From Hamiltosporidium tvaerminnensis FI-OER-3-3 (lineage: Eukaryota; Fungi; Microsporidia): a stretch of DNA of 64,000 nucleotides. A program made the position numbers and the translations under genes. Below the pieces are notes generated by a model, which was not told the DNA's origin, searched no databases, and worked only from the letters and a program-made list of their open reading frames with translations. This document shows, in pieces, positions 48,190 through 63,200 of this stretch (within the stretch, counting starts at the first letter, position 1; the number at the start of each line of letters is the position of its first letter). The stretch covers positions 744,001-808,000 of the forward strand of contig CM061248.1 in assembly GCA_022605425.2 (NCBI GenBank), in the 5' to 3' direction.

Positions 48190-51100
48190 TAATCTTTTTG
48201 AAATTTGTTTAACAAAGAAAAAGTATTTGGTTTTCAACATATTTTTGAGCACTAAAATATTATTATTTTATCTTAAAAATTCATACGAATTAACAAACAA
48301 TCTGTGGTATAATTTATTATTTATGATCTGATCTATTAGGATTTTTCTTCGAAAATTTCTAGGTATTTTTGCTAAATTTATCGGTGAAATTCTTAAAAAC
48401 GACCCCAAGTGCACATTATTTAATTAGATCTTTAAATATATTTAGTGCTTTTCATTTTAGAGAATTTTTATTGACCCAAATAGGTAGCGTGATCGCTGAA
48501 ATACACCCTCGATTAAATTTATAAAGACAATTGAATGATGGAGCCGAAAGACTTTTATAATCTTCTAGACAAGATGATTAGAACTTTTTTTAAAAAATAT
48601 ATCTGTATTGCTTATATATCATTTTCTTTTAAGTTCCTGGGTCAGGGCTTCTGCATCGGCAGTAAAAATATTTTAGTGAATTTTAATTATGTTTGGTACT
48701 GAATCGTTATCATAATAGCTAATTCGAATTAAATTTTGAAATACCTAAAGTTTCTATTGAAAATTCTATTTAAAAGATTATCTCTGTTTGTTAACCTAAG
48801 TCTTGGGATTTATTAAAAGAAGGAAATGTATTTTGTTTATTTTATATTAAAAAAAGCTAATTTTTGTAAAAATGTGCAAATATGAATATAAATTTAGACA
48901 TAATCTGATTTTCCTCGCAAATGAGAATTAAGAATATTCATATATTTGTAAAATCGGTAATAAAAAATAACGTCTATCTCCGATTTTTGCTTTTTAACTC
49001 GGCGAAGGGCCAATTCTTTACTTTTTAAATGTTTTTATGGCTTTTTTAACATTAAAACCCACTTTAAAACTTTCCCACGACTGTGCCAGTAACTACAACA
49101 CACTATGATAAATAATTTTCTCGTATTTATTTGAAAACTCATGGAATTGGAAATGATGGAAATCAAGCAATTTAATATAGTACAGTTTACACGTTGGTAT
49201 TAAATTTCTGCCATATTTCAACATCTTGCACAGAACGATTTTTAATAGATAATTAAATTCAAAGTCAAAGGGTTTCCTCCCCATACCGAAAGCAGAATTA
49301 GCTTAGAGTATTTTCTTCTGCTTGTAAGAGGCAAACAAAAGGAGCTTGTCTTCTATATTAAGTTGTACGTAGGACATACAACCCACTCTATAAAACCACG
49401 TTGTTAGAAACACGAAAAAGTAAACATACCACAGGAAAAACACCGGTAGGCGGTATTACCAAGGGCATCCAAGACCCTTGCAGAACATTAGTACCAAGTA
49501 TAATGATCATCAAAGGGTTTGTACCTCGTTATTCTCATCAGACTTTTTTGCGAGGGCAGCAGCACTATATTTTTTCATCGCAGGTTGTATTTGAAAGCTA
49601 TTTAATTAACGATTGCTTCTAAACATATTTTTTTACTTGTGCAAAATAACAAGTTAATGGCCATCTTGTGGATATTAAGAACGTCTGAAACTTTTACATA
49701 TACTCAAAGTATGATCGATCCTTTGATAAAAGGCAACACTCATGCTATATCTAAAATATAATTCCCGAATCTAGAGCCAAAGAAAAGCCTTTTAAGTTTA
49801 TGTGATTATATGAAATTTGTGTAATTTTATTGTCTGATATGGCACCAAATCTTTATGCTACTATTTGCCGAAAATATATGTTTAGAGCGCATTAAAAAGT
49901 TATGGAAAATTTCCAATGCAGAAAAAATTATTTATTATCAAGAAAAGTTCTATGAGTAAATTATTGCCATATTTTTCTTATAAATAAGCTACGCTAAACC
50001 CGTGTTGGAATGCCCCTTCTTGTCAAGATTTTACTTCATTAAACGAATATTTTGATGGTTGAACCATCACTTTTAGATCATATTTTACAAATCGTGATAT
50101 TTCGAATATTGGAAGTAATTTGTAGTCTATTCCGACGCTATATTAGAATTCCATATACCTCAAATGTTTTTGTTACATATAACACATATTGACAGATTAA
50201 TTGACCTAATAACAAATTTTTGGCTTCTCTCATGGCGTTTTACTCGTTCCGAATAACTACATATCTTTCTTTTTGGTTGGTATTCATAATATCAAAATTG
50301 ATAAATTAAAAAATAAGAGAATTAGTAAAATTGAGATGGAAATTCTTTTAAAAAAAATTGAAAAATAAGTTTCTTTGCTGCAGTTAAAAGATCAAAGAAA
50401 AAGACTTATAATTTAAGATTATTTTTTCAGAATATAAAAAAGCGTGTTTTTTGATTATCTCGAGACAATATAGTACTATTTATTTGACTTAACCATATAA
50501 TTCCAGCAAATATCATCAAATACAATATCGTATGCTATATAAAATATCACCTAGCACAGATAAAGTGCTTCTATTGTCTTCGAGATCCTTTACTCTCATA
50601 GTAAGAGAAAAAGGCTTGAAGTAGAGCCAGAGCGATGCTTTCAATCTATGAAACCGATAATAAATTTGATTATTTCTAGAGATCGGCTTACGTCTAACCC
50701 GCTTGCCAAACTGGGTTTTGATGGCTTATCATTGTTAATAATGGAAACACATATGATTAGTTTGATTATATAGACGACCATTGTCCTTGACACTAATAAT
50801 ATAAAATTTAAATACAGATGTGCTTGATATCAACAGTTGGTCAGAGATAAAAAGTAATAGTATTAAAAAAAAATAATCGCTAAACACCAAAGTTTATTAT
50901 GTGTATCCAGTTTAATGATAACATTATAAAATCTATTATTTTAAAATTGTGTGTTTTTTGAAGCTGTGTTTATTATTTTATTATTTATTTAGTTTATTTC
51001 AATTATTAATTTAAATTTGGATAATATGTTTGAGATAAATTTTTATTTTTTTAAAAGGCTTATGAAACGTAAACATTTAATGCAGAAACATCGACAATAA

Positions 51101-52187
51101 ACTTTGTAAAATACTTTTCAATATGTTATATAAATGAAATAAGTACTTGGTATTGAGAAATTTTATAAAGCAATATGACTCAACGAGCTGAAAATTTTTC
51201 TTGACCTTGATTATCATATCTTTCTATATAAGAATCGGTTAATAAATCTCTATATATGTGTAAAATCCAAAACAATTGTTTAGAACGAGACCTTAATGCA
51301 TTTATTAGCATAGTAACGTATCTGGTGTCACGGCAACAAGCAAAAACTAAAGATATCGAGAAAATCAAATCATTGACAGTTAATGTATGAGAAGTATAGC
51401 TCAAGATTAAGAAGCACATCTATTTGAAGTTCGACTTTCTATTAGTTTTTACGATATAAAATAAATGAAATCGACAAAAAGGTTTTACATTTATTTAGAC
51501 TTTAAAAATTTATACTTAATCGATATAAAAAATTCAAAAGTGTCTCGACCTTTGCAGAAAACCTAAAAAAATACATGCATTTTAGCAATTTCAACAACCA
51601 TTACTATTAAAAAAAGCGGTATTTTTAATTTTTGTGAAATTTTCTTTGTGTAAATATCCACTAGTTCGATATATTCTGCATAAAGAACCATGGAATTGAA
51701 TTCAATAAAGTTACTACAAAAACATAGAAATGGCCATAAAAAATCTAAGATAAACACAATACTTAGAATTCAAAAATAATATTTAATTTGATATTTGAAG
51801 GTTTTAAAGTATAAAATTCGCTTAAACATTAGCCAATCTGTCGAATATTAAACTTCTATTATCTAAATTTGAACCCAATTATTTTTTTCATGCTTAAAAT
51901 CTACATTGAATTTTGTAGCGAAAAAATAGAAATTCAAAAGTCATGTATTACATATTAAATAAACTTACTGTAATTACATGCATTTCAAACAAATTTTAGC
52001 TAAAAGACTTAACATTTTAATTTTTAAAAAAGTTTGTTTAAAATATAAAATAATAGATGATAAACAAATAGGATTATCCTTTTTTTTTAATTTTGTATGT
52101 ATAAACCATCTAATTTGTTATTTAGATAAGAAAATTTGAAACAAGTTTTAAAAAAATATTATATAAACAGACGTAATATTGTTTGTT

Positions 52188-52532
52188 ATGAAAACATTCC
52201 TTACATTATTCTTTCAATTTCTCTTGCAGATTCTACTTGACAAATATGACACATCATTTAGGCATATTATTATACAAAAAACTTCATCACATCATCTGAT
52301 AAATCATTATAATAGATCAATAAGCATTTTCAAGATTATATTTATATTAAATATCTTAAATGACTTTTCGAAATTTTTACTCCCGAATAGAAGAAATGTA
52401 GTACTAAATTTCTTTGATAAATATTTAAATTATGGCAAAAATGTACATATTTGTATATTTAAATATCCAGAAAAACATCTTAATAACAAAAATATATTAC
52501 CGAAGTATGAGAATGACGAATTTAATATATAA
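52188..52532 (+). pseudogene. Short ORF in left arm: inverted copy of the 5' end of the internal pseudogene
   Basis: MKTFLTLFFQFLLQILL signal-like start. Near-identical to 55602..55946 and 60610..60954. Confidence 0.55.
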
Positions 52533-52699
52533 TTTTTGGGGCTGGACAACCCCTTAAAATTGTCCCTATTAATACAAAAAAATCCTTTAGAGAATTAATG
52601 CAGATAAAAATCATTTAGAGAACAGTGAAGAGGATTTAATAAAAAAAATTTAAAGTTTTATTTGTTTCTCATTTAAAAACCCATCATAAATTTTATTCA

Positions 52700-55600
52700 A
52701 GGCCTTGTTTTATCTTGCCTTTACTTTGTTTGAGATGCTTTATTTTTCGATTTAATCTTATTTTTTTTAATATTACGTGATTCTATTTCTCACGAATACT
52801 TAGATATTTTTTTTCATAATTAATTTATGAATTAGTAAAATGTTTTTAATTTTGCTTTTTATTGATTATCATTCAAATGAGTATATTATAGTGTTTTTTT
52901 TGTATGATCATTTTTATTATAATAATTTGTTCTATTATTGACTTCCAAGAGGCAATATTTAGCGACTTGCATTCTTTTAATTGATCAAAAAAAATGTATA
53001 ACTGTAGTTTTGCGTTCTCTGGTTAAATATATGTTTATATTCATACGTTTATGTACATATTTTAGATTGTCTTTATGTTAATGTGTAAAATATTGCATTT
53101 ATGTTATTAAATATTATATTCTTTCCGTTCACGACATAAAATATTGATGTTTTAATTGAAGAAATACATAACCCCTTGGTTTTCTTTCATCAATTCAATT
53201 TATAAGTTTTCTAAAATTATTTAGACAGCAAGTGGTATTTTAAATTCAGTGTCTTTTAAAAAAACTATATCGGTATAAATTTGTAATTTGCAATCGGATA
53301 TATTCCGGTATTAACTATTAATAAAATTTAAGTATCTAGAGTATTTCAGAATAGATTTACTTTAAATTCTTTTTTAAAGTTGAAATCATTTTTTTACATA
53401 AAAGAAGCACACTAACCAGTTTTATTTCTGTAGCGTATGCCAATTCTTTAACATAAGAGGCTTCATAATCCAATTAAAACAGCTTTAATATATCTTCTAA
53501 ACACTTGGCCGAATTTTTTTGTCGTAAATACATATTATTTAAAATTTAATAGAGTCGCTACCTTTCTATTTTTGATATTCTCTTTTATTGGAGTATAAAA
53601 GAGCCAGATTCTAAATAACCCGTAATTATTTTAAAAAATATCATATAATATTTGTCGTAAACTCTCTCGAGACAGCCAGACAAGGGTATCTTCTATAGAT
53701 ACTGGCTCTATCTTTAAAAATAAAGGGTTTGTTGACCGTGTAACAAATGAATTGTTATTTAAAAGGGAAAATTTGTTTATATTCTTACTCCAGTTCTGTT
53801 GTTTCCTTTCTTCTATTATTGGAGTTTAAAAAAAATATTCTGTATTTCTAGAAAAATCCAATAGCCCAAATTTATGCATTAGAATACTGATTATGTTTTT
53901 GGGTTTTCTATTTTGAACATTGTTACAGTCTATTCATAGAATAGGTATTATGAATAATGATGAAAATATGCCAATAAATAGATTTGATATAATTCATGAT
54001 AACCTATCAAAATTTATCATCTATTTTAATACTGTTACAGTTTATAGTCGCTTGATAAAGTGACGGAAATTTGGTGTTGGCGCTTTTTTGCGATTCTAGC
54101 TCGCCAGGTAGCAATGGCTTTTGGCTTATCTCCTGTACAATTTCGTTTTTTTACGAGTTCACGGTTGGTTGATTTCTAGCATATAAGAGTGTTATTTATC
54201 AAAAATCTTATTAATTTCATTCTTTTTTAATTGATAGTTATTTTTCTAAAGAATGGAAAGCAAGATATATAGATACCGATGAATCATAGCTTCGAATAAA
54301 GCTATTGAAATATGCATTCAAGGTTTTTAATACATATATTTTGTACATTGCTTATAAATTTAAAGGATTATTTAAAAGGTCTAGTGAATGCATATATTAC
54401 TAGCAAACCACATGTTTTTATATATTCTACGGGGTTGGTGTTAGAAATAAACAAGGATTAAAATTACTGTAAAGTTTAAATGTAGTTAGTATAGTCTTTT
54501 GTATTATATATTTGTTTATTTATTTAGAATCCATTATTTTCTATATTAAATGCTTTTAAAAGATCCAGAAAACTATTATATTTTTTGAATTTCTTATCCT
54601 CTGCAGGTCGGTATTTCTTTGTTGCTTTTGGGAAAATCTAAAGGTATTTAAGTATGGTTTTAATTCTCACTTTATAATCTTTTGCTAGTATTAATGTTTA
54701 TAATTCGGATTTATATAGACCCATGTTAAGCCTAGTTCCAAATTATCTTATTTATTGGTTTGGTTAAATGCATCATAGTATTACTTCAAGAAATCGTTAA
54801 TATCTTCTCACCTTCTTCTTAGTGATAGCAATTACCTATTTCAATTTTATCTGAATCTTGCTGGGTAAAATATACAATTAAAAACCAACATATTCTAAAA
54901 CTGGCTAGTATCCAGCATCTTAAGGGCCCATAACTTCGTCTTTTTAAGTCGGTTTATCTATGTCACTTCATTTCAAAATCCCCAATTTCTAAAATTTTTA
55001 CCGGTTAAACCTTATTCTTTTTTCTTTACATAAAAATTCCGCCGAATTTTACGACGGCAATTTGTTTTCGATCCAATTTTTTAGTTTTCGATGTATTTCT
55101 TTAAACCTGTTGTAATTTAGGATTATGGAGGATTTACTCATAATAAAAGTGTGGTTTTTATCACTCCGAAATCTATAAACCGATTTTTACAATAATTTTA
55201 ACACTCTTTTCCAAAAGCTAGTATTTAATGTAGATATTTTCTTTCCAGTAAATACATTTTAAATAAAAAATAACAAAGATAAAGCCGAAAAAATGTTTTT
55301 GAAAAACCAAGACGATACCTAAAGTATAAATTATGATCATAATACAAATAATATATAATTTATGCTATTTTACTCTAAAAGAGCACCACATCATTTTATA
55401 TGTAGAAAATAATTGCTTTTACAAGTGTAATTATAAAAAAAATTGTTTCTAAGTCACAAAAAAATATAAGGTTAAAATGTTTTGTTAATTTTTTTATTAA
55501 ATCCTCTTCAATCTTCTCTAAATCATATTTATCTGCATTAATTCCCAAGGATTTTTTTGTATTAATAGGGACAATTTTAAGGGGTTGTCCAGCCCCCAAA

Positions 55601-55946
55601 TTTATACATTCAACTCGTCATTCTCATTTTTCGGTAACAAATTTTTGATATTAACATGTTTTTCTGGATACTTAAATATACAAATATGTACATTTTTGCC
55701 ATAATTTAAATATTTATCAAAGAAATTTAGTACTGCATTTCTTCTATTCGGGAGTAAAAATTTCGAAAAGTCATTTAATATATTTAATATCAATATAATC
55801 TTAAAAAAGCTCATTGACCTATTATAATGATTTATCAGAAGATGTGATGAGGTTTTTTCTATAATAGTATTCATAAATTCTATGTCATATTTGTCAAGTA
55901 GAATCTGCAAGAGAAATTGAAAGAATGATGTAAGGAATGTTTTCAT
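52700..55946 (-). pseudogene. Decayed gene, possibly LRR/secreted family
   Basis: Starts with the 55946 ATG ORF and continues by frameshift (GQPLKIVPINTKKSLGINADKYDLEK). Scattered LRR-like fragments follow (KFGLLDFSRN, SLEK*LSIKK, KYLSIRE) amid many stops. Confidence 0.4.
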
Positions 55947-58900
55947 AACAAACAATATTACGTCTGTTTATATAATATTTTTTTAAAACTTGTTTCAGAA
56001 TTTCTTATCTAAATAACAAATTAGATGGTTTATAGATACAAAATTAAACAAAAGAATAATCCTATTTGTTTATCGTCTATTATTTTATATTTTAAACAAA
56101 CTTTTTTAAAAATTAAAATGTTAAGTCTTTTAGCTAAAATTTGTTTGAAATGCATGTAATTACAGTAAGTTTATTTAATATGTAATACCTGATTTCTAAC
56201 TTACTATTTTTTCGCTTCAAAATTCAATGTAGATTTTAAGGTTAAAAAAATGATTTGATCAAAATTAAGACACATATAAGCTATATTTTATAGATTTTTT
56301 AATTATAAACAGCTTAAACCCTAATGGTGTTAAAAATCCAATAAATTGTACCACTAATATGATATTTACTGGAATTTCATATATTTTGCTGATCAAATGC
56401 TTTTCCCTACAATTTTATGTCAATCATTTCCATAACCTATCGAAACGTGATTCCCACGAGTTTTTCTTAAAATTTAAATTATAAAAGGTAATTTTTCATT
56501 CGATCATAAAAGTTTCGTTAAAATATGAACATCTATTTGTTAAAAATTTTAGGTTTAGAAATTTAGAAAAAAAAATATATTATATTTCAGGTTCATGTTT
56601 ACTTTTGTTACACAGTTTAAGACTTTCCATACAGAATTAAGAGTACAATCCAACTTTAAATAAATGTTAATCGCATTGGAAAATATTTTATTTAATTCAT
56701 TTAATACGGTTAAAACACCTTATAATTTAGAGCTCGATGAATATATTTTTATTAACTGCCAAGTTCACGCATATCAGTAGTCTAATATTTCACTTTTGTA
56801 GATATCTATAGTTTTTTTCCTTAAACTTATATGATTATTGACTATTTTCCATGTACAATTATAAAAGAAGATAAGCCTTTTTTCATTAAGCAATGATTTT
56901 AGATTATTAAAACTATTTTAGCTCTTATAAACACACCTTGAAATATATCTTTGTAGCTATTTAATCTCCTTTTATCTATTTCTTGAATCCATCATCTCAA
57001 TATAATAATAACATAAACATAATATACGCTCTTTCGAATTTCGCCTTATTAATTTTGAAAATTTATTGGACTGACTAAACCCCTTACAGCAATTTTAAAA
57101 TATTTGCATAAGCTCGAACTTGGTTCTTCATCGATTTGAATTAATCTATTATTCACAAGAACTTTGAATTATAATGTTTTGAGAAACTGAGTTTTAAATG
57201 CTTCTTTAAGCTTTAGTTGAAATTGTTCTTATGTAGAAAATTCTACAATTCGCTGGCAATGCAAATTAATATGGAAATTTAAAAAAGTTAAATAAAACGA
57301 AATAGGATAAATATTTTCTTTAATTTAGTTAACTTATCTCAAATTATCAAAAATTATACTTTTTTGGGTTCATAGTTGTAAGCAAAAATTATTTGCGACA
57401 AGATATCATTTGATAAAAAGAATGCTATACAGTGATTTTTTTTCAATTTATTAGGCTTTTGTCGTATATTATAGGTGAATCCATATAGAAAAATTCTTAT
57501 TACACAACCAATTGCATATAGAACAAAAAGCATACATATGAAATAAGAAAATTCTTAATGCGTACTGTTTTTGGCTAAACTTTTCTTAATTTCATTTACT
57601 GTTTTCTTTGTGAATATTAATATTTTTACGCATAATTAATACCTTGTTTTGGTACCATAACTGTATAAAACGTAGCAAATGATAAATTAGAAGAATATAA
57701 ATTTGTAATAATGAAAATTACTAGAACATTAATCGAAATCGTAAAACGTTCAAACATAGACGCGGATATAAACATCAAAACTAGTGAAGTGTTTACGACA
57801 GATGTTGAAAACATCATTAAAAAGGCAAAGGAGATCGTAATAAAGCCGAGCAAGTTAAGATTCTTTCTACTTCTTAAATTCTATGTTATAATAACGCAAT
57901 AAGAATATTTTAGGAAATAATACTAAAAATAATGCAAGTTTCTGAAAAAAAACATTAAATTCGGTTGAACGAGCTATGATGACCAATATCAACGGTCTTT
58001 AAGGCATAATCATGCGATTCGAACAAAAAGGAGCTTTATGATAAGGAAATAATTCTGAAAGATCTTGTTGATAAGTGTAAGTACGGAAAATAACAGACGT
58101 TTTTTGATGGATTTTACAAATTCTGAATATAAACACGAAGTTTTAATTTCGATACGATAAAAAAAGGCATCTATTAAGGCTTATGCGCTTTAAAATCCTA
58201 TTTTTTTCATTTAAAGCTGGATAACATAAGAACCGATAACTGAGAAGAGTTTGTAAATAAACAAAAAAAATTTTCACTTGTAACACTCCTTTTTCTATCA
58301 AAGAGCAGGGAACAAATAAAACAAATGAAAGTGGTGAGGTGTAATTAAACAATTGTAAGCTTGCTTGCAATGATTTCAAATGAGTCTGGCTATAAAGATA
58401 GAGTGATGGGCAAAACCATCGATCGGGCTTGTCTAATAGCTAACTTAGATTATGCACTTAACAAAATTGCTATAACATATAAAGAGAACTAAAGAGAAAA
58501 TATATGACTTTTTAAAAATATCTACGAAGCTCTATGTTGAGAATATCTGAGAAATACAAATAAAAAGATCGCCTGTAATTCGCTGAAGAAATTTCTAAAA
58601 TCGTGCATAACATATCGGGTAAAATCGATATTTTCTTACGTTATTATATAAATACTGAGATATATGTGATTCGTATGAAAACAATGCATCTGACTTGGTT
58701 TCGTTTAAATTAATTACGGTGTTTTGTTTTACTAATTAAGATTCCTATGGCAAATAAAAGACAAAAAAAAAGTAAAATGCTAAGCTTTTGGATTATCCAG
58801 AGAATTTTTTTACTAGCAATGATAGAGATGGGTTTCTAATAAAATGCTGCAACAGCAAAATAATATGGCGAAAAGCACATATGATTTTTCATTATGAACA

Positions 58901-60283
58901 ATATATCACACTTGACAGAAAATGGAGGATTAAAATCTCTTCTATTGAAGCATGCGATTTATTCTCAATTTTCTTATTTCAAATCTCCTTTTTAACCAAA
59001 TTTTTTAATTACATTTTTTTTCTTCGTTGAATTTCTTAAATTAAAAAAATTAGAACTAAGAAAAATAATGAAGCCTGATAGAATAAGACAAGTGAAGAAT
59101 TAGCAATAATCGAAGTTATATGTGTAAAATAGTCCCATTGCTGCATTTTTCGGGATTTATATGTGAATGTTTTTTTGTGGTTGTAGAGTGAGTTTGACAA
59201 TAAATAGTAAATCATTGGTATGAAAAATTTTAAAAATAAACATTTAAAGTAAGGCTTATTCCTATCTTTTTTAATCTTAATTTTTTAAGTCAATCGAAAA
59301 CTCAATGAAAAGGCGAGTTCGAAAATATTCCAGCTTGAGTGTAGCCTTAAATATATTTTTTAGTAGTACATAAAACGAATTTCGCGTAAAAATGTATTCC
59401 TAAAAGTTTTTCTGGATAAAAAATGATAAATTTATGTCTTAAAATCTTGTATGAGTCATGTGTAAATAATTTAAATTAACCGGGGTGGTCTTTAAGCTAT
59501 TCCTAAAATTTTCATAGAAGAAGATGCAGGTTAGAGTGCGCTAAATTTTTTGACTAATATAGCTTATTCATTCTATAAATTCGGAACCCGATTGACAAAA
59601 CGCGATAAGTTAAAAATATATACTTTGAAGTTTTGTTTAAGGAAAGTCTAGAAATTCCTTAATATAATATTATTGTTTAGCACGACAACCCTGTACCATC
59701 AGATAATATTACAGCGTAAAAGGAGCCATAAAACGACTGCATCTAAGAAAACTCTAGACATTTAATCTAATTTAAGTAATTTATATTTTTTATTTAGGAA
59801 CATAAACGAAAATAAAAGGTTTTTTATTGCTAGAAAACTAAAGTGCTGTAACAGTAAAAAATAAATAAGATTTAATACCTCATAAGACTTTTAGATTCAT
59901 TTAAGCATGCAAAAAGAGATTAATTTGATATAAAGATTTTTAAACTGTGTTCTTAGAAGTTTTAGCCATCTAGAACATAATACATTTATTTGTATAGTTT
60001 TAACAAATACGACAATATCAAAAGCGGATTTTAATTTATAGAAAAAATTATTGAAATTCAATAAACGGTACCTAGTATCTATATATTCTATTGGAAAAAC
60101 TGTAGGAATTTCATGTCATAAGGCCAACAAAAAAATGTAGAAACCGACATTCGGAACGTAAGTTACTCATATAAAATCAATTCAAATAAAAAAACATTTT
60201 TTATTACTATTTAGTAGAAGATTATAGGTGTTTAAGCTCAAGATTCATTCAAAGTAGAAACTACACGGAATAAAATAATTAAT

Positions 60284-63200
60284 TGTCTAGATTTCGATTA
60301 AATCATTTTTTTAACCTTAAAATCTACATTGAATTTTGTAGCGAAAAAATAGAAATTCAAAAGTCATGTATTACATATTAAATAAACTTACTGTAATTAC
60401 ATGCATTTCAAACAAATTTTTATCTAAAAACTTAACATTTTAATTTTTAAAAAAGTTTGTTTAAAATATAAAATAATAGATGATAAACAAATAGGATTAT
60501 CCTTTTTTTTAATTTTGTATGTATAAACCATCTAATTTGTTATTTAGATAAGAAATTCTGAAACAAGTTTTAAAAAAATATTATATAAACAGACGTAATA
60601 TTGTTTTTTATGAAAACATTCCTTACATTATTCTTTCGATTTCTCTTGCAGATTCTACTTGACAAATATGACATAGAATTTATGAATATTATTACACAAA
60701 AAACCTCATCACATCTTCTGATAAATCATTATAATAGATCAATAAGCATTTTCAAGATTATATTTATATTAAATATCTTAAATGACTTTTCGAAATTTTT
60801 ACTCCCGAATAGAAGAAATGTAGTACTAAATTTCTTTGATAAATATTTAAATTATGGCAAAAATGTACATATTTGTATATTTAAATATCCAGAAAAACAT
60901 GTTAATATCAAAAATTTGTTACCGAAGTATGAGAATGACGAATTTAATATATAATTTTTGGGGCTGGACAACCCCTTAAAATTGTCCCTATTAACACAAA
61001 AAATCCTTTAGAGAATTAATGCAGATAAAAATCATTTAAAGAACAGTGAAGAGGATTTAATAAAAAAAAATTTAAAAAAAATTTAAAGTTTTATTTGTTT
61101 CTCATTTAAAAATCCATCATAAATTTTATTCTAGGCTTGGTTTTATCTCGCCTTTGCTTTGTTTCCAATGCTTTCTTTTTCGATTTAAAATATTTTTTTT
61201 AATATTACGTGATTCTATTTCTCACGAATATTTAGATATATTTTTTTCATAATTAATTTATGAATATAAAATATCTTTTTAATTCTGCTTTTTAGTTGGG
61301 ATTTTTCAAATGAATATATTCTATTTTTGTTTCAGTATGACTGCCATTATTATTATAAGAATTCATTTCTACTTTGACTTTCAATGGCAAGAGCAAGCTA
61401 CTCAAATTCCTTAATTGAACAATCGAAACCTCTAAGTCTATTTTTGAGTGCTTTTTATAAATATATATTCCTATGTATATGTACCGCCTTTATATGATAA
61501 TTTTGCTAATATGCAATCAATAGCATACTACGTTATTACACACTAGATTTTTTCCGTTCCTTACCATATAATATTAGTTTTTTCTTTCTAAAAACGTATA
61601 AACTTTTTGGTTTTCTTTCGTCGATTATATTTAGAAGTTGTGTCGAGTTATTTAGACAGCAAGTGGTATTTTAAATTCGGTTTCTTTTTCATAAAAATAT
61701 ATCGGTATATATTTGTAATTTGAAATCAGATATAGTCCAGACTTAACTATTAATAAAATTGTGGTGTATAGAGTATTTCTGAATAGATTTACTTTTAATT
61801 CTTTTTTAAAATTGAAATCATTTTTTTATATAAAAGAAGCACACTAACCAGATTTATTTCGTAGCATATGCCAATTCTTTAACATAAGACGCTTCATAAT
61901 CCGATTAAAACAGATTTTAATATATATTCTAAACACTTGGCTGAAATTTTTTTGTCCCAAATACTATTATTTAGGATTTAAGAGGGTCGCTACGATTCTA
62001 TTTTTGATATTCTCTTTTATGGGAATATAAAAGAGACTGATTCTAAATAACCCGTAATTCTTTTAAAAAATGACATATATATTTGTCGTAACCTCTCTCG
62101 AGACAGCTAGACAAAAGGTATCTGCTATAGATACTGGATCCATCTTTTAAAAAAAAGGGTTTGTTGACCCGTGTAACCAAGGAATTGTTATTTAAAAGGG
62201 AAAGTCTATTTATATTATCTCTTCAGTTCTGTTGTTTCCTTTCTTCTACCATTGGTGTTTTAAAATAAATATTCTCGATTCCTAGGGAAATACAATAGCC
62301 CAAAATATGCAGCAGACTACTACAATATATTTTGCACTTTTCTATTTTGAATATTGTTACTGTCTATGCATATTATAGGTATTATGAATAATGATGAAAA
62401 TATGCCAATAAATAGATTTGATATAATTCATGATAACCTATCAAAATTTATCATCTATTTTAATACTGTTACAGTTTATAGTCGCTTGATAAAGTGACGG
62501 AAATTTGGTGTTGGCGCTTTTTTGCGATTCTAGCTCGCCAGGTAGCAATGGCTTTTGGTTTATCTCTTGTACAACTTCGTTTTTTTACGAGTTCACGGTT
62601 GGTTGATTTCTAGCATATAAGAGTGTTATTTATCAAAAATCTTATTAATTTCATTCTTTTTTAATTGATAGTTATTTTTCTAAAGAATGGAAAGCAAGAT
62701 ATATAGATACCGATGAATCATAGCTTCGAATAAAGCTATTGAAATATGCATTCAAGGTTTTTAATACATATATTTTGTACATTGCTTATAAATTTAAAGG
62801 ATTATTTAAAAGGTCTAGTGAATGCATATATTACTAGCAAACCACATGTTTTTATATATTCTACGGGGTTGGTATTAGAAATAAACAAGGATTAAAATTA
62901 CTGTAAAGTATAAATGTAGTTAATATAGTCTTTAGTATTATATATTTGTTTATTTATTTCGAATCAATTATTTTTTATATTAAATGCTTTTAAAAGATCC
63001 AGTAAACTATTATATTTTTTGAATTTTTTATCCTCTGCAGGTCGGTATTTCTTTGTTGCTTTTGGGAAAATCTAGAGGGTATTCAAGTATGGTTTTAATT
63101 CTCACTTTATGATCTTTTGCTAGTATTAATGTTTATAATTCGGATTTATATAGACCCACTGTAAGCCTAGATCCAAGTTATCTTATTTATTGGTTTGGTC

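Larger units (their letters stand above)
51860..56272. mobile_element. ~4.4 kb unit with ~790 bp terminal inverted repeats (51860-52650 / 55486-56272)
   Basis: Each arm carries the same 117-codon ORF pointing inward. The whole unit recurs at 60284 to beyond 64000. No transposase or TSD seen, so mobility is inferred. Confidence 0.55.

Noticed and set aside
49515-49545. CTGATGAG on the minus strand suggesting a hammerhead ribozyme (also CTGATAGATGAAA at ~48028)
   Set aside because: No GAAA core with supporting stems at 49.5 kb. The 48 kb motif is not conserved in sister copies.
49950-50300. Possible decayed non-LTR reverse transcriptase (SKILTRRGI..) on the minus strand
   Set aside because: Only one weak motif and no recognisable YxDD region. 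Needs a frameshift-aware search.
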